63,906 bases of DNA, filler included, from Vicugna vicugna (GCA_013265495.1; 76 parts of 75 records of this genome joined end to end with filler, not necessarily neighbours in it); one strand, 5' to 3'. Numbered from the whole stretch's first letter, positions 12,786 through 24,642 are shown. Program-made: numbers and translations. The notes: generated by a model from the letters alone, not told the origin.

Positions 12786-13102
12786 TTTTAGTAAGATAAA
12801 ATAATGAAACATTACTTGCTAACATAGTCTAGGTTTATCTACTTTTGACCTCCTATTACAGAGACACTAGATATGTTTTGAGACTATTAATACATCTATT
12901 TTGGACCTTATTGAAAGATTTACTATGAAGTGACACATTTCTAGATATTACTTAACAAAACCCTGAAAAACGAATTTATGCATAGTCAGGACTGACTAAG
13001 ATNNNNNNNNNNNNNNNNNNNNNNNNNNNNNNNNNNNNNNNNNNNNTTAATTAATTAANNNNNNNNNNNNNNNNNNNNNNNNNNNNNNNNNNNNNNNNNN
13101 NN

Positions 13103-13960
13103 AGAAACTACGAAGTCAAAATAAATATATAAAAGTGCATAGGTAACATGATTGGAGTTTGAAACTTCAGTCAGGCACATGTTCACAGCTCAGAAATTCA
13201 AGTTTGAGGAATTCGTGATGCATAAAACATGTTCGTAATACGGAATGCCATGGTTATGTAAACAATGTAAATTACATGTGCATTTGTTAGAATTCGCTCA
13301 AAGAGTGTTTTTTGGTACCAAATATCCGATTTTAGAACCTGGTGATAGAAAAATCTAAGAAGTCAGAGTAAATATTTCTTAGTGTATATACGCCTTGTTT
13401 GGTGGATGAAAGGTCAGTAATCCACATGCTCACAAGTCAGAAACGCATGATTGCCGAATCCGTCATGCATGTAGACTGTACTGTACGGAACCCGGTATGC
13501 CATGTTGATGGAATTCATCTAAATTACATAACTATTACGTGGAAATTGCTCCAGAAGAATTTTTCTGTGAAAAATGCACGGATTCGAAACTGGTTTTAGG
13601 GAAAGCTTGTGAAAATGTGTACACGTGTCTAGATGAAAATATTCCTTTTATAAAGGATGAAAGACTAGTAATCCAAATGCCCTCAATTCAGGAATGCACG
13701 TTTGTCGAATCCGTCATGTATGTAGCATGTACGGAACACGGAATATTATGTAGATGTAATAAAATCAAATTATATATCTCTAAGGGAGAATTCGCTCCAA
13801 GAGGGTTTTTGTGTGATCAAAGTGTGATTCTTGTAACTGGTGATAGGAAGAAGCTACAAAGTCAAAGTAAATATTTCAGAGTGCATAGATAACTTTTTTG
13901 GTGTTTGAAACATCTGTCATTCGCATGTTCACAACTCAGAAATTCATGTTTGAGGAATCC
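13103..13960. repeat. Satellite D, ~746-bp trimer of ~249-bp subunits
   Basis: gtcaaa.taaatat at 13115 and 13861 (746 bp apart); homologous gtcagagtaaatat at 13362 (247 bp on). Confidence 0.93.
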
Positions 13961-14060
13961 NNNNNNNNNNNNNNNNNNNNNNNNNNNNNNNNNNNNNNNN
14001 NNNNTTAATTAATTAANNNNNNNNNNNNNNNNNNNNNNNNNNNNNNNNNNNNNNNNNNNN

Positions 14061-15079
14061 CAGGGAATGGTAGGGGGGTTTGCAGGGTATCCCAGTGACA
14101 TACGCGGCCTCCCCAAAGTCAGGGAAGGTATTTCCCGGACTTCCCCGCAAAGGGAACTCCTGTGACTGAAGAGAGCTGCGTGGAGTTGTCTCTCGAGCTC
14201 CCCCACGCACTGATAATGATTCCGGAATCCTGAGCGTGGGGAGGTTCCACCAACGGTCGGCAGCGCGTGGGTTCAAACGGAATGCTTAAGCTCGTCTCCC
14301 CTGAGGGTTTTCCTAATGTCTCTGTGCCAGGGAATGGTAGGGGGGTTTGCAGGGTATCCCAGTGACATACGCGGCCTCCCCAAAGTCAGGGAAGGTATTT
14401 CCCGGACTTCCCCGAACAGGGAACACCTGTGAATGAAGAGTACTGCGTGGAGTTTTCTCTCGAACTCCCCCACGCACTGATAATGATTCCGGAATCCTGA
14501 GCGTGGGGAGGTTCCACCAACGGTCGGCAGCGCGTGGGTTCAAACGGAATGCTTAAGCTCGTCTCCCCTGAGGGTTTTCCTAATTTCNNNNNNNNNNNNN
14601 NNNNNNNNNNNNNNNNNNNNNNNNNNNNNNNNNNNNNNNNNNNNNNNNNNNNNNNNNNNNNNNNNNNNNNNNNNNNNNNNNNNNNNNNNNNNNNNNNNNN
14701 NNNNNNNNNNNNNNNNNNNNNNNNNNNNNNNNNNNNNNNNNNNNNNNNNNNNNNNNNNNNNNNNNNNNNNNNNNNNNNNNNNNNNNNNNNNNNNNNNNNN
14801 NNNNNNNNNNNNNNNNNNNNNNNNNNNNNNNNNNNNNNNNNNNNNNNNNNNNNNNNNNNNNNNNNNNNNNNNNNNNNNNNNNNNNNNNNNNNNNNNNNNN
14901 NNNNNNNNNNNNNNNNNNNNNNNNNNNNNNNNNNNNNNNNNNNNNNNNNNNNNNNNNNNNNNNNNNNNNNNNNNNNNNNNNNNNNNNNNNNNNNNNNNNN
15001 NNNNNNNNNNNNNNNNNNNNNACCAATGCTCGGCAGCGCGTTGTTTCTATCGGAATGCCTAAGCTCGTCTCCCCTGAGG
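14061..15079. repeat. Satellite A, 267-bp, near-identical adjacent monomers
   Basis: cagggaatggtaggggggtttgcagg at 14061 and 14328 (period 267). Confidence 0.97.
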
Positions 15080-15179
15080 NNNNNNNNNNNNNNNNNNNNN
15101 NNNNNNNNNNNNNNNNNNNNNNNTTAATTAATTAANNNNNNNNNNNNNNNNNNNNNNNNNNNNNNNNNNNNNNNNNNNN

Positions 15180-15676
15180 TCAGGGGGCACAGGTATTCCA
15201 TTGTTGTGAGTTGTTGGTTAAACAATTCCAATTTCCATGGAAAGGCACTCACTCAATAATACTTGGATTTAGAGCTCAAATCACACTTTGAACTGCACTC
15301 CAGCTTACGCAATCCATCAGGGAATAGAGGTTAAGTATTCTCTAGAACACTGGCACTGCTGTAAGTTGGAGGATCTTTCCCAATTCAGGATTCCAGAAGC
15401 CAGTCTTGTGGGAGGGGGATTTCTGTATCCCCAATCCACGTAGATGGATGTGGGCACAGGTGTTCACCTTTAGGGAGAATTGATCTAAATAATTCCACAG
15501 TCCATCGGGGGCACTCGCTAATATATGGCCTCAAAGCCCAAACACCAAAAACCAAATTTCCCTCACAGCCAGGCCTAGGGAAACACTCAGGGATTACAAG
15601 CTATCGGATATTATTAGAACCCAGGAGGTTGTGTCACATGAAATTGCCGGCCCAAACTCAGGATACCTGAACACGT
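15180..15676. repeat. Satellite B
   Basis: ggggcacaggt.ttcc, ccccaatccacgtagatggatg, ccatcgggggcactcgcta motifs. Confidence 0.85.
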
Positions 15677-15776
15677 NNNNNNNNNNNNNNNNNNNNNNNN
15701 NNNNNNNNNNNNNNNNNNNNTTAATTAATTAANNNNNNNNNNNNNNNNNNNNNNNNNNNNNNNNNNNNNNNNNNNN

Positions 15777-16363
15777 TTCCCTGTTCGGGGAAGTCCGAAA
15801 AATAACTTCCCTGAGCTTGGGTAGGCAGCTTCAGTTACTGGGATATTCTGCAAACCCCCCTAGCATTCCCTGGCACAGAGACATTAGGAAAACCCTCAGG
15901 GGAGACGAGCTTAGGCATTCNNNNNNNNNNNNNNNNNNNNNNNNNNNNNNNNNNNNNNNNNNNNNNNNNNNNNNNNNNNNNNNNNNNNNNNNNNNNNNNN
16001 NNNNNNNNNNNNNNNNNNNNNNNNNNNNNNNNNNNNNNNNNNNNNNNNNNNNNNNNNNNNNNNNNNNNNNNNNNNNNNNNNNNNNNNNNNNNNNNNNNNN
16101 NNNNNNNNNNNNNNNNNNNNNNNNNNNNNNNNNNNNNNNNNNNNNNNNNNNNNNNNNNNNNNNNNNNNNNNNNNNNNNNNNNNNNNNNNNNNNNNNNNNN
16201 NNNNNNNNNNNNNNNNNNNNAACCATTGTCAGTGCGTGGGGGAGCTCGAGAGACATCTCCACGCAGCTCCCTTATGTCACAGGTTTTCGCTGTTCGGGGA
16301 AGTACGAGAAATAGCTTTCCTTACCTTAGGGAGGCAGCCTCTGTCACTGGGATATCCTGCAAA
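15777..16363. repeat. Satellite A
   Basis: ctagcattccctggcacagagacattaggaaaaccctcaggggagacgagc. Confidence 0.95.
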
Positions 16364-16463
16364 NNNNNNNNNNNNNNNNNNNNNNNNNNNNNNNNNNNNN
16401 NNNNNNNTTAATTAATTAANNNNNNNNNNNNNNNNNNNNNNNNNNNNNNNNNNNNNNNNNNNN

Positions 16464-16573
16464 AGGAATGTGGAGGAGTAGGTGGAGGAGGAGGAGGTGG
16501 AGGAGGAGAAGGAGGAGGAGAAGGAGGAGGAGGAGGTGGAGGAGGAAGAGGAGGTGGAGGAGGAGGAGGAGGA
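16464..16573 (+). repeat. (GGA)n purine-rich triplet repeat
   Basis: Imperfect GGA/GGT/AGA triplets. Confidence 0.95.
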
Positions 16574-16916
16574 TTACTAAAAAAATCCTCAAAATTGTTT
16601 CTAATTTCCAAAATAATATTTAATTAAAGCTACTTCGTACGCAACTATTAACAAAGAAAGTAATTGCTGCCAGTCTTCCAGATAGNNNNNNNNNNNNNNN
16701 NNNNNNNNNNNNNNNNNNNNNNNNNNNNNNNNNNNNNNNNNNNNNNNNNNNNNNNNNNNNNNNNNNNNNNNNNNNNNNNNNNNNNNNNNNNNNNNNNNNN
16801 NNNNNNNNNNNNNNNNNNNNNNNNNNNNNNNNNNNNNNNATGGAATCTCAAAGTACGCTCAGTTCTTTCCTGGTTTCTAGGACCAGGAAGAGCAGTACTA
16901 CCTTTCTCTACCTAAA

Positions 16917-17251
16917 AAGGAAGGTGGAGGAGTAGGAGGAGGTGGAGTAGGAGGAGGAGATGGAGGAGATGGAGGAGATGGAGGAGGAGGAGGAGGACGA
17001 GGAGGTGGAGGAGGAGGAGGACGAGGAGGTGGAGGAGGACGAGGAGGTGGAGGAGGAGGTGGAGGAAGAGGATGTAGAGGAGGAGGATGTGGAGGAGGAA
17101 GATGTGGACGTGGAGGATGTGGAGGTGGAGGAGGACGATGTGGAGGAGGAGGAGGTGGTGGAGAGGAGGTGGTGGAGGAAGAGGTGGTGGAGGAGGAGGA
17201 GGTGGAGAAAGAGGAGGTGGAGGAGGAGGAGGTGGAGGAGGAGGAGGTGGA
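16917..17251 (+). repeat. (GGA)n purine-rich triplet repeat, over 330 bp, running into the scaffold end
   Basis: GAG/GTG/GAC/GAT variant triplets. Confidence 0.95.
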
Positions 17252-17354
17252 NNNNNNNNNNNNNNNNNNNNNNNNNNNNNNNNNNNNNNNNNNNNTTAAT
17301 TAATTAANNNNNNNNNNNNNNNNNNNNNNNNNNNNNNNNNNNNNNNNNNNNGCA

Positions 17355-17440
17355 GCTGAGGGATTGAGAGGTGGGCAGCATGTCCCAAATCACACGCAGC
17401 TGGCAGTGGATAGCTCGGTGCTGGAACCCAGGCTGCACAG
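17355..17440. mobile_element. MIR SINE fragment
   Basis: gctgaggg..tgagaggt.....catgtcccaaatcacacgcagctggcagtgg...gctggaacccaggc. Confidence 0.55.
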
Positions 17441-18961
17441 GATGCATTCTTAATTGCTCCTCTAATCAGCCTCCTGTTAAGTGGTTACCCGTACCCCTGT
17501 GACTCCATAAATGGCCAATTTAAGCGATCTCAGCCTGATGAGGCCTTCAAAGGAGAGACACCAGTAAGAATGTGAGACAGAGTGGCATAAATTAAAATTG
17601 TACATTTTCACAAATGTTGCATTCTCAGGGAATGACATAAAAAGTTTTTATTTTCTTTACTTTATACTTTATTTCTCCTTAAGCACTAAAAACAAAACAT
17701 TAAAAATGATTACAGTGCAAAATAGTAGTGGGCTTTGAAAGCCCAACCATTCCTAATGATGTTGTCTGTTTTTCTCTAGTGGTGCTTATTGACAGGAAAA
17801 TTTTCGAAGACNNNNNNNNNNNNNNNNNNNNNNNNNNNNNNNNNNNNNNNNNNNNTTAATTAATTAANNNNNNNNNNNNNNNNNNNNNNNNNNNNNNNNN
17901 NNNNNNNNNNNGTCCTAATAATGTAAAGCAAGGATACTGAGCTGATCAAAATTATACTGTGTTTTTATCAAAAGGTTGGAAGAAAGAAATTTTGGGTGTG
18001 TAGATGAGATGGGGTTTGAAAGAGAGCTTAATCCTCATTTTCCAAAATAGAAAGTTAAATAGGTGACACATAAAGCTGAAGAAGTCAGTAGGCTGCATTA
18101 CAAGGATATTAGTCAGAGATAGGGAGTAATTATGCCAAGAGTCAGCAGTAGGAGCTGAACGTGGTTGCTTCTGGCCAGGAAATGGGGCGGTTGTTGGGAA
18201 CTTTTCTTTTTACAATTGGTGTTCGAGAACTGTTTTTCTCTTTAATGATTGTATGGTATAACTTTGATAAAAAGAAATCAAAGCTGACTTTTGAAAAATT
18301 AATGTTAAAAATTGGGGTGTTTTTGACAGAGAGGGATAACAGACAAAACATTTGAAGGGATCCTCATTATTCCTATCCTTTCAGCAAGGACTAGGGGGCA
18401 GACATCTGTTTAAGGTTCAAAAATTCTTTCTGACCTTATTGCCGACATGTAATATTTGGAAGTAATGAACTCCCCGTCACTGTAAATATGGAAGCAGAGG
18501 CTGCCTGACCAGCTCTCTAACTGTAGCAGGGTCTGTTTACCACTGGCCAGTTGGAGCAGGCAACTTCTAACATTCTTTCAGTTTTGAATGTGGCATTTTC
18601 AGGACGGATAGTTGATAAGAATGTATTACAAAAAGCTTCAAAATAAACAGTCCAAGACATCTCTAACCCATTGCCAGTGTTTTCTCTGCCTGACACCATC
18701 CTGAGCCTGCCATCCATGAGCCAGGCCACAAAGCCCAGTCACATGAGAGCTAGGCTAAGCCCACGAAGCTCATCTCAGCTCCAGACTGAGCCGGAAGCCT
18801 CAGAGTGAACTCAGAACTGAGGAAATCCACAGGTTGTACCCAGCACTGCCGAGTCAGCAGTNNNNNNNNNNNNNNNNNNNNNNNNNNNNNNNNNNNNNNN
18901 NNNNNTTAATTAATTAANNNNNNNNNNNNNNNNNNNNNNNNNNNNNNNNNNNNNNNNNNNN

Positions 18962-19814
18962 AGGCCCTGCTCTCAGTTGTAGGAGGCTGCCCACTCTCAG
19001 GATAACCTGCAAGTGTTCGTGTGTGTTGGAGGTGTGGAAACAGACTCCACGGATCTTTATGGGGGCACAGGTGTTCCCAGGTTAGGGATGTAGTTTAAAC
19101 ACCTCCACAAACCATAGAGAGGTCATCGCAAATACTTGGTTTCGGAGCCCAAACNNNNNNNNNNNNNNNNNNNNNNNNNNNNNNNNNNNNNNNNNNNNNN
19201 NNNNNNNNNNNNNNNNNNNNNNNNNNNNNNNNNNGTTGTAGGAACTTCCCTGCACTCAGAATTCCAGAACACATTCTTAGGTTTGGGAGAGATGTGCAGC
19301 CCCACTGCACCCAGATGAATGGAGGAAAAGGTGTTCCGTTTAGGGAGAAGTCCTCTAAGTACTTCCTCAGTGGATCAGGTGGCACTCACTGCTACTTGGC
19401 CTCCAAGCCCAACCCCCAGCTTTCCCTCATGGCCTGGCCTAAAAGAACAGTTAGGGAACAGTAGCTAATGTATACTAATTGAACCCAGGTGCTGCTGTCA
19501 GTTTGAGGAACCTCCCCACACTCAGAATACCATAACACTTCTTCGCGTGTGTGCTGGATTTAGGGAAACAGTCAAAGCATCTTTCAGGGGGCACATTTAT
19601 TCCATGGTTGTGGGTTGTAGGTTAAAAACCCACATCCCATGGGTAGGCTCTCGCTTATACATGGTATAGAGCCCAACCCCCACTTTCATCCACTCTCCAG
19701 CCTAGGCATGCCATCACGGAAGACAAGGTAAGGGATTCTATTAGAACCCAGGCCCTGCTGTCATTTGGAGGACCTCCCCACAATCAGGATACCTGAGCAC
19801 GTCTCCGTGTGTGT
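18962..19814. repeat. Satellite B (about 3 monomers, ~262-bp spacing)
   Basis: tcagga/tcagaa anchor near 18997, 19256, 19522 and 19784. Confidence 0.9.
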
Positions 19815-19914
19815 NNNNNNNNNNNNNNNNNNNNNNNNNNNNNNNNNNNNNNNNNNNNTTAATTAATTAANNNNNNNNNNNNNNNNNNNNNNNNNNNNNN
19901 NNNNNNNNNNNNNN

Positions 19915-20371
19915 ACATCATAGTTTTTTCTATCTGCAGGTCTTAAAATAGGACATTAGTCACCAGAAAAATTCTTTGAGCGAATTTTCAACAATACACA
20001 TGTAATTTACATTGTTTAAGTAACCTTGGCATTCCGTATTCTGAAAATGTTTCATGCATCACGGATTCTTCAAACATGCATTTCTGAGTGGTGAGCATGC
20101 GAATGACTCATATTTCAAACACCAAACAAGTTACCTATGCACTTTGAAATATTTACTTGGACTTCGTATCTTATTTCTATCACCAGAATCAAGAATCAAA
20201 CTTTAATCTCAGTAAAACACTCTTGGTACGAATTCTACCCTAGAGATATATAATTTAAATAGCTTCCATCAACATGAGATTCCGTGCTCAGTACATGCTA
20301 CATGCATGACGGATTCGACAAACATGCATTCCTGAGTTGAGAGCATGTTCATTACTGATCTTTCATCCTCT
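19915..20371. repeat. Satellite D (reverse orientation)
   Basis: catgcatcacggattc.tcaaacatgcatttctgag, gaattctaccctagagatat. Confidence 0.92.
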
Positions 20372-20471
20372 NNNNNNNNNNNNNNNNNNNNNNNNNNNNN
20401 NNNNNNNNNNNNNNNTTAATTAATTAANNNNNNNNNNNNNNNNNNNNNNNNNNNNNNNNNNNNNNNNNNNN

Positions 20472-21375
20472 CTGGAGCGATTTCCACCTAACAGATATGT
20501 AATTTAAATGCATTCCGTCAACAGGGCATTCCAGGTTCCGAGCATGCTACATGCATTACGGATTCGACAAACATGAGTTTCTGAGTTGTGAGCATGTGGA
20601 TTAGTGAATTTTCATCCAGCAAAAAAGGCATATATACACTTAGAAGTATTTACTCTGACGTCATAGGTTTTTCCTATCACCTGGTTCTAAAATCGGACAT
20701 TTGGAATCAGAAAACAACCTTTGAGCGAATTCTCACCAATATATATGTAATTTACATTCTTTACATAAACATGGCTTTCCGTATTCCGAATATGTTTCTT
20801 GCAAAACGGTTTCCACAAACATGAATTTGTGAGTTGTGAATATGCTCATGACTGATGTTTCAACCATTACAAGTTATCTATGCACTTTGATATATATACT
20901 TTGTCTTCGTAGCTTCTTCCTATCACCAGGTTCAGGAATCACACTGTGATCCCAGATAGAAATTCTTGGAGCGAATTCTACCCTAGAGATATGTAAATTG
21001 AATAGATTTAATCTAAATGATATTCCGTGTTCCGTACTTGCAACATGTATGACAGATTCTACAAATATGCATTCCTGAGTTGAGAGCATTGGGATTGCTG
21101 ATCTTTCATCCTCTATAAATGGAATATTTTCATCTAGACACGTGTACTCATTTTCACAAGCTTTCCCTAACACCAGTTTCAAAATCGTGCATTTTTCACA
21201 ATTTCCACCTAACAGTTATGTAATTTACATGAATTCCATCAACATGGCATTCCAGGTTCCGTACATGCTACATGCATGACGGATTCGACAAACATGAGAT
21301 TTTGATTTGTGAACATCTGGGTTAGTGAACTTTCATCCACCAAAAAAGGCATATATACAATTAGAACTATTTACT
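20472..21375. repeat. Satellite D (reverse orientation, more than one trimer)
   Basis: atttccacctaacag recurs at about 20480 and 21201; this copy has a small deletion near 21200. Confidence 0.93.
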
Positions 21376-21779
21376 NNNNNNNNNNNNNNNNNNNNNNNNN
21401 NNNNNNNNNNNNNNNNNNNTTAATTAATTAANNNNNNNNNNNNNNNNNNNNNNNNNNNNNNNNNNNNNNNNNNNNTATTCTCTTCCAGGACAACAGGTGC
21501 ACTCTGCCCCCCGCCCCGTCACCACCAGCGGTGTCAGAGGCGGCGGACAGGCGGGTGAGCTGGGGCCTGAGACACTGCCAGGAAATCAATGCCCCAGAGG
21601 CCGCTGGTAACTAGAGGGACCACGGGGAAGAAGGCAGCATGGGATGGGAGGGGGAGGAAGGTTCAGGATAACGAGATGAAAGGGGGAACAGATAGCACCG
21701 TGAGGACCTCGACCATGAAAGGGAAGAAGATAAACAGTGACAGCTGGAGCGGTGTTGGCGTTAAAAGCTGCTGGCTTTT

Positions 21780-22100
21780 TCATTTAATTTTATTAATTAC
21801 CATTACATATAGTGACATATTTTTATTTGATTAAAGATTAGGTGCCATGTCATATATCAGGATATAGTATATTATTTATTAAATAATACATAATAGTAGA
21901 TATACTAGCATGTTATGTTCTGTTTATTTATTATCAGATAGTATATAATACATATGTAGTTATTTATATACATAATATATAATTCATGCATCTATATAAT
22001 ATATAACACATAACAATAAACACATAACAATGTAGGATAATGATTAATATATTTCATAACAAGATTACATAACAATAATGATGTAATATTACCCATTGTA
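21780..22100. repeat. AT-rich low-complexity tract
   Basis: TA/ATAAC-rich sequence with very low GC. Confidence 0.7.
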
Positions 22101-22306
22101 TATCTTGGTTCATGACACATTCTCACCTTAGGTGCCTGTCAGAACTATTTATGTATTAAAGTTAATATTATAAGAAACAGTTGTGAACCTATCACCCAGC
22201 ACCAGANNNNNNNNNNNNNNNNNNNNNNNNNNNNNNNNNNNNNNNNNNNNTTAATTAATTAANNNNNNNNNNNNNNNNNNNNNNNNNNNNNNNNNNNNNN
22301 NNNNNN

Positions 22307-23635
22307 AGCACACACACGAAGAAGTTTTCTGGAATCCTGAGCATGGGGAAGTTCTCCAATCACAGCAGAACCTAGGTTCTATTAGACTCCCTTAGCTTGT
22401 GTTCCCTGAGTGTTTCCTTAGGCCGGGCCATGAGGGAAAGCTGGGGGTTGGNNNNNNNNNNNNNNNNNNNNNNNNNNNNNNNNNNNNNNNNNNNNNNNNN
22501 NNNNNNNNNNNNNNNNNNNNNNNNNNNNNNNNNNNNNNNNNNNNNNNNNNNNNNNNNNNNNNNNNNNNNNNNNNNNNNNNNNNNNNNNNNNNNNNNNNNN
22601 NNNNNNNNNNNNNNNNNNNNNNNNNNNNNNNNNNNNNNNNNNNNNNNNNNNNNNNNNNNNNNNNNNNNNNNNNNNNNNNNNNNNNNNNNNNNNNNNNNNN
22701 NNNNNNNNNNNNNNNNNNNNNNNNNNNNNNNNNNNNNNNNNNNNNNNNNNNNNNNNNNNNNNNNNNNNNNNNNNNNNNNNNNNNNNNNNNNNNNNNNNNN
22801 NNNNNNNNNNNNNNNNNNNNNNNNNNNNNNNNNNNNNNNNNNNNNNNNNNNNNNNNNNNNNNNNNNNNNNNNNNNNNNNNNNNNNNNNNNNNNNNNNNNN
22901 NNNNNNNNNNNNNNNNNNNNNNNNNNNNNNNNNNNNNNNNNNNNNNNNNNNNNNNNNNNNNNNNNNNNNNNNNNNNNNNNNNNNNNNNNNNNNNNNNNNN
23001 NNNNNNNNNNNNNNNNNNNNNNNNNNNNNNNNNNNNNNNNNNNNNNNNNNNNNNNNNNNNNNNNNNNNNNNNNNNNNNNNNNNNNNNNNNNNNNNNNNNN
23101 NNNNNNNNNNNNNNNNNNNNNNNNNNNNNNNNNNNNNNNNNNNNNNNNNNNNNNNNNNNNNNNNNNNNNNNNNNNNNNNNNNNNNNNNNNNNNNNNNNNN
23201 NNNNNNNNNNNNNNNNNNNNNNNNNNNNNNNNNNNNNNNNNNNNNNNNNNNNNNNNNNNNNNNNNNNNNNNNNNNNNNNNNNNNNNNNNNNNNNNNNNNN
23301 NNNNNNNNNNNNNNNNNNNNNNNNNNNNNNNNNNNNNNNNNNNNNNNNNNNNNNNNNNNNNNNNNNNNNNNNNNNNNNNNNNNNNNNNNNNTTCTGGTGT
23401 TCTGAGTCTGGGTAGGTTCCTCCAACTTACAGCAGCACCTGGGTCCTAATAGAATCCCTTAGCTTGACTTCCCTAAGTGTTTTCCTAGGCCTAGCAGTGA
23501 GCGATGGTGGGGGAAGGGCTCTAAAGCCAAGTATTAGCGAGTGCATCTCTGTGGGCAGTGGAAGGATTTAAACTACTTCCCCAAACTTGAAAAACCTCTT
23601 CCCCCATAAAGATGCGTGGAATCTGTTTCCCGACC
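22307..23635. repeat. Satellite B (gapped)
   Basis: cagcagcacctgggt.ctaatagaatcccttagcttg-like motifs on both sides of the gap. Confidence 0.88.
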
Positions 23636-23735
23636 NNNNNNNNNNNNNNNNNNNNNNNNNNNNNNNNNNNNNNNNNNNNTTAATTAATTAANNNNNNNNN
23701 NNNNNNNNNNNNNNNNNNNNNNNNNNNNNNNNNNN

Positions 23736-24542
23736 AGATGCTTGGACAATTTTCCACACCTCCAGCACAGAAAATATGTCTTGTTCAGTTATGCAGAGAG
23801 TGGGGAGGCTCCTCCAACAGACAGCAGAGCCTGGGTTCTAATAGAATCCCTTAGCTTGTATTCCCTGAGTGTTTCCGAGGCCGGGCTTTGAGGGAAAGCT
23901 GGGGTTTCGGCTTGGTGGCCAAGTAGCATCGAGTGCTCCCCGATGCAATGAGGAAGTACTTAGAGGACCTCACCCTAACTGGGAACACCTGTGCCCCCAT
24001 TCATATCCGACACACATTCCCCCTCACAAGACGGGGTTCCGATATCCTGAGGGTGGGGAAGATTTTCCAACTGAGAGCAGCGCCTGGGTTCTAATACAAT
24101 GCATTTACTTGTCTTCAATGATGGCTTGCCAAGGGTGGAGTGCGGGGGAATTTGGGGATTGGGCTGTAAATCCAAGTATTAGCGAGTGCTTCTCCATTGG
24201 AAGAGGAAATTATTAACCAAAATCCCACAACCTGGGAATACCTGTGCTCCTTGAAATATGCGTTGACAATGTTTCCCAAATTCCAGCACACACACAAAGA
24301 CTTGTTCAGGTATCCTGAGTGTGGGGAGTATCTTCCAACTGACAGCAGCGCCTGGGTTCTAATAGATTCCCTTAGCTTGAATTCCTTGAGTGTTTCCCTA
24401 TGCCGGGCTGAGAGGGAAATCTGGGAGTTTGGCTTGGAGGCCAAGTAGCAGCAACTGCCCCCCGATGGAATATGGAATTATTTAGAGGACTTCTTCATAA
24501 TGGGAAACAAGTGTGACCCCATTCATCTACTTGGATTGTGGC
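23736..24542. repeat. Satellite B (3 monomers)
   Basis: cagc.g.gcctgggttctaata recurs at about 23822, 24075 and 24343. Confidence 0.9.
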
Positions 24543-24642
24543 NNNNNNNNNNNNNNNNNNNNNNNNNNNNNNNNNNNNNNNNNNNNTTAATTAATTAANN
24601 NNNNNNNNNNNNNNNNNNNNNNNNNNNNNNNNNNNNNNNNNN

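Noticed and set aside
13231..13246. TTCGtaatACGG in satellite D as a CENP-B box
   Set aside because: The spacer is two bases short and the terminal CGGG is missing.
16960..17307. Glu-rich / Arg-Trp-rich ORF, and the poly-Pro ORF at 16408-16611
   Set aside because: These are translations of GGA triplet repeats; the frame shifts mid-way and there is no gene context.
17750..17811. Possible splice acceptor (ctaat...tttttctctag) and exon start
   Set aside because: Only 32 nt remain before the scaffold end and no recognisable peptide results.
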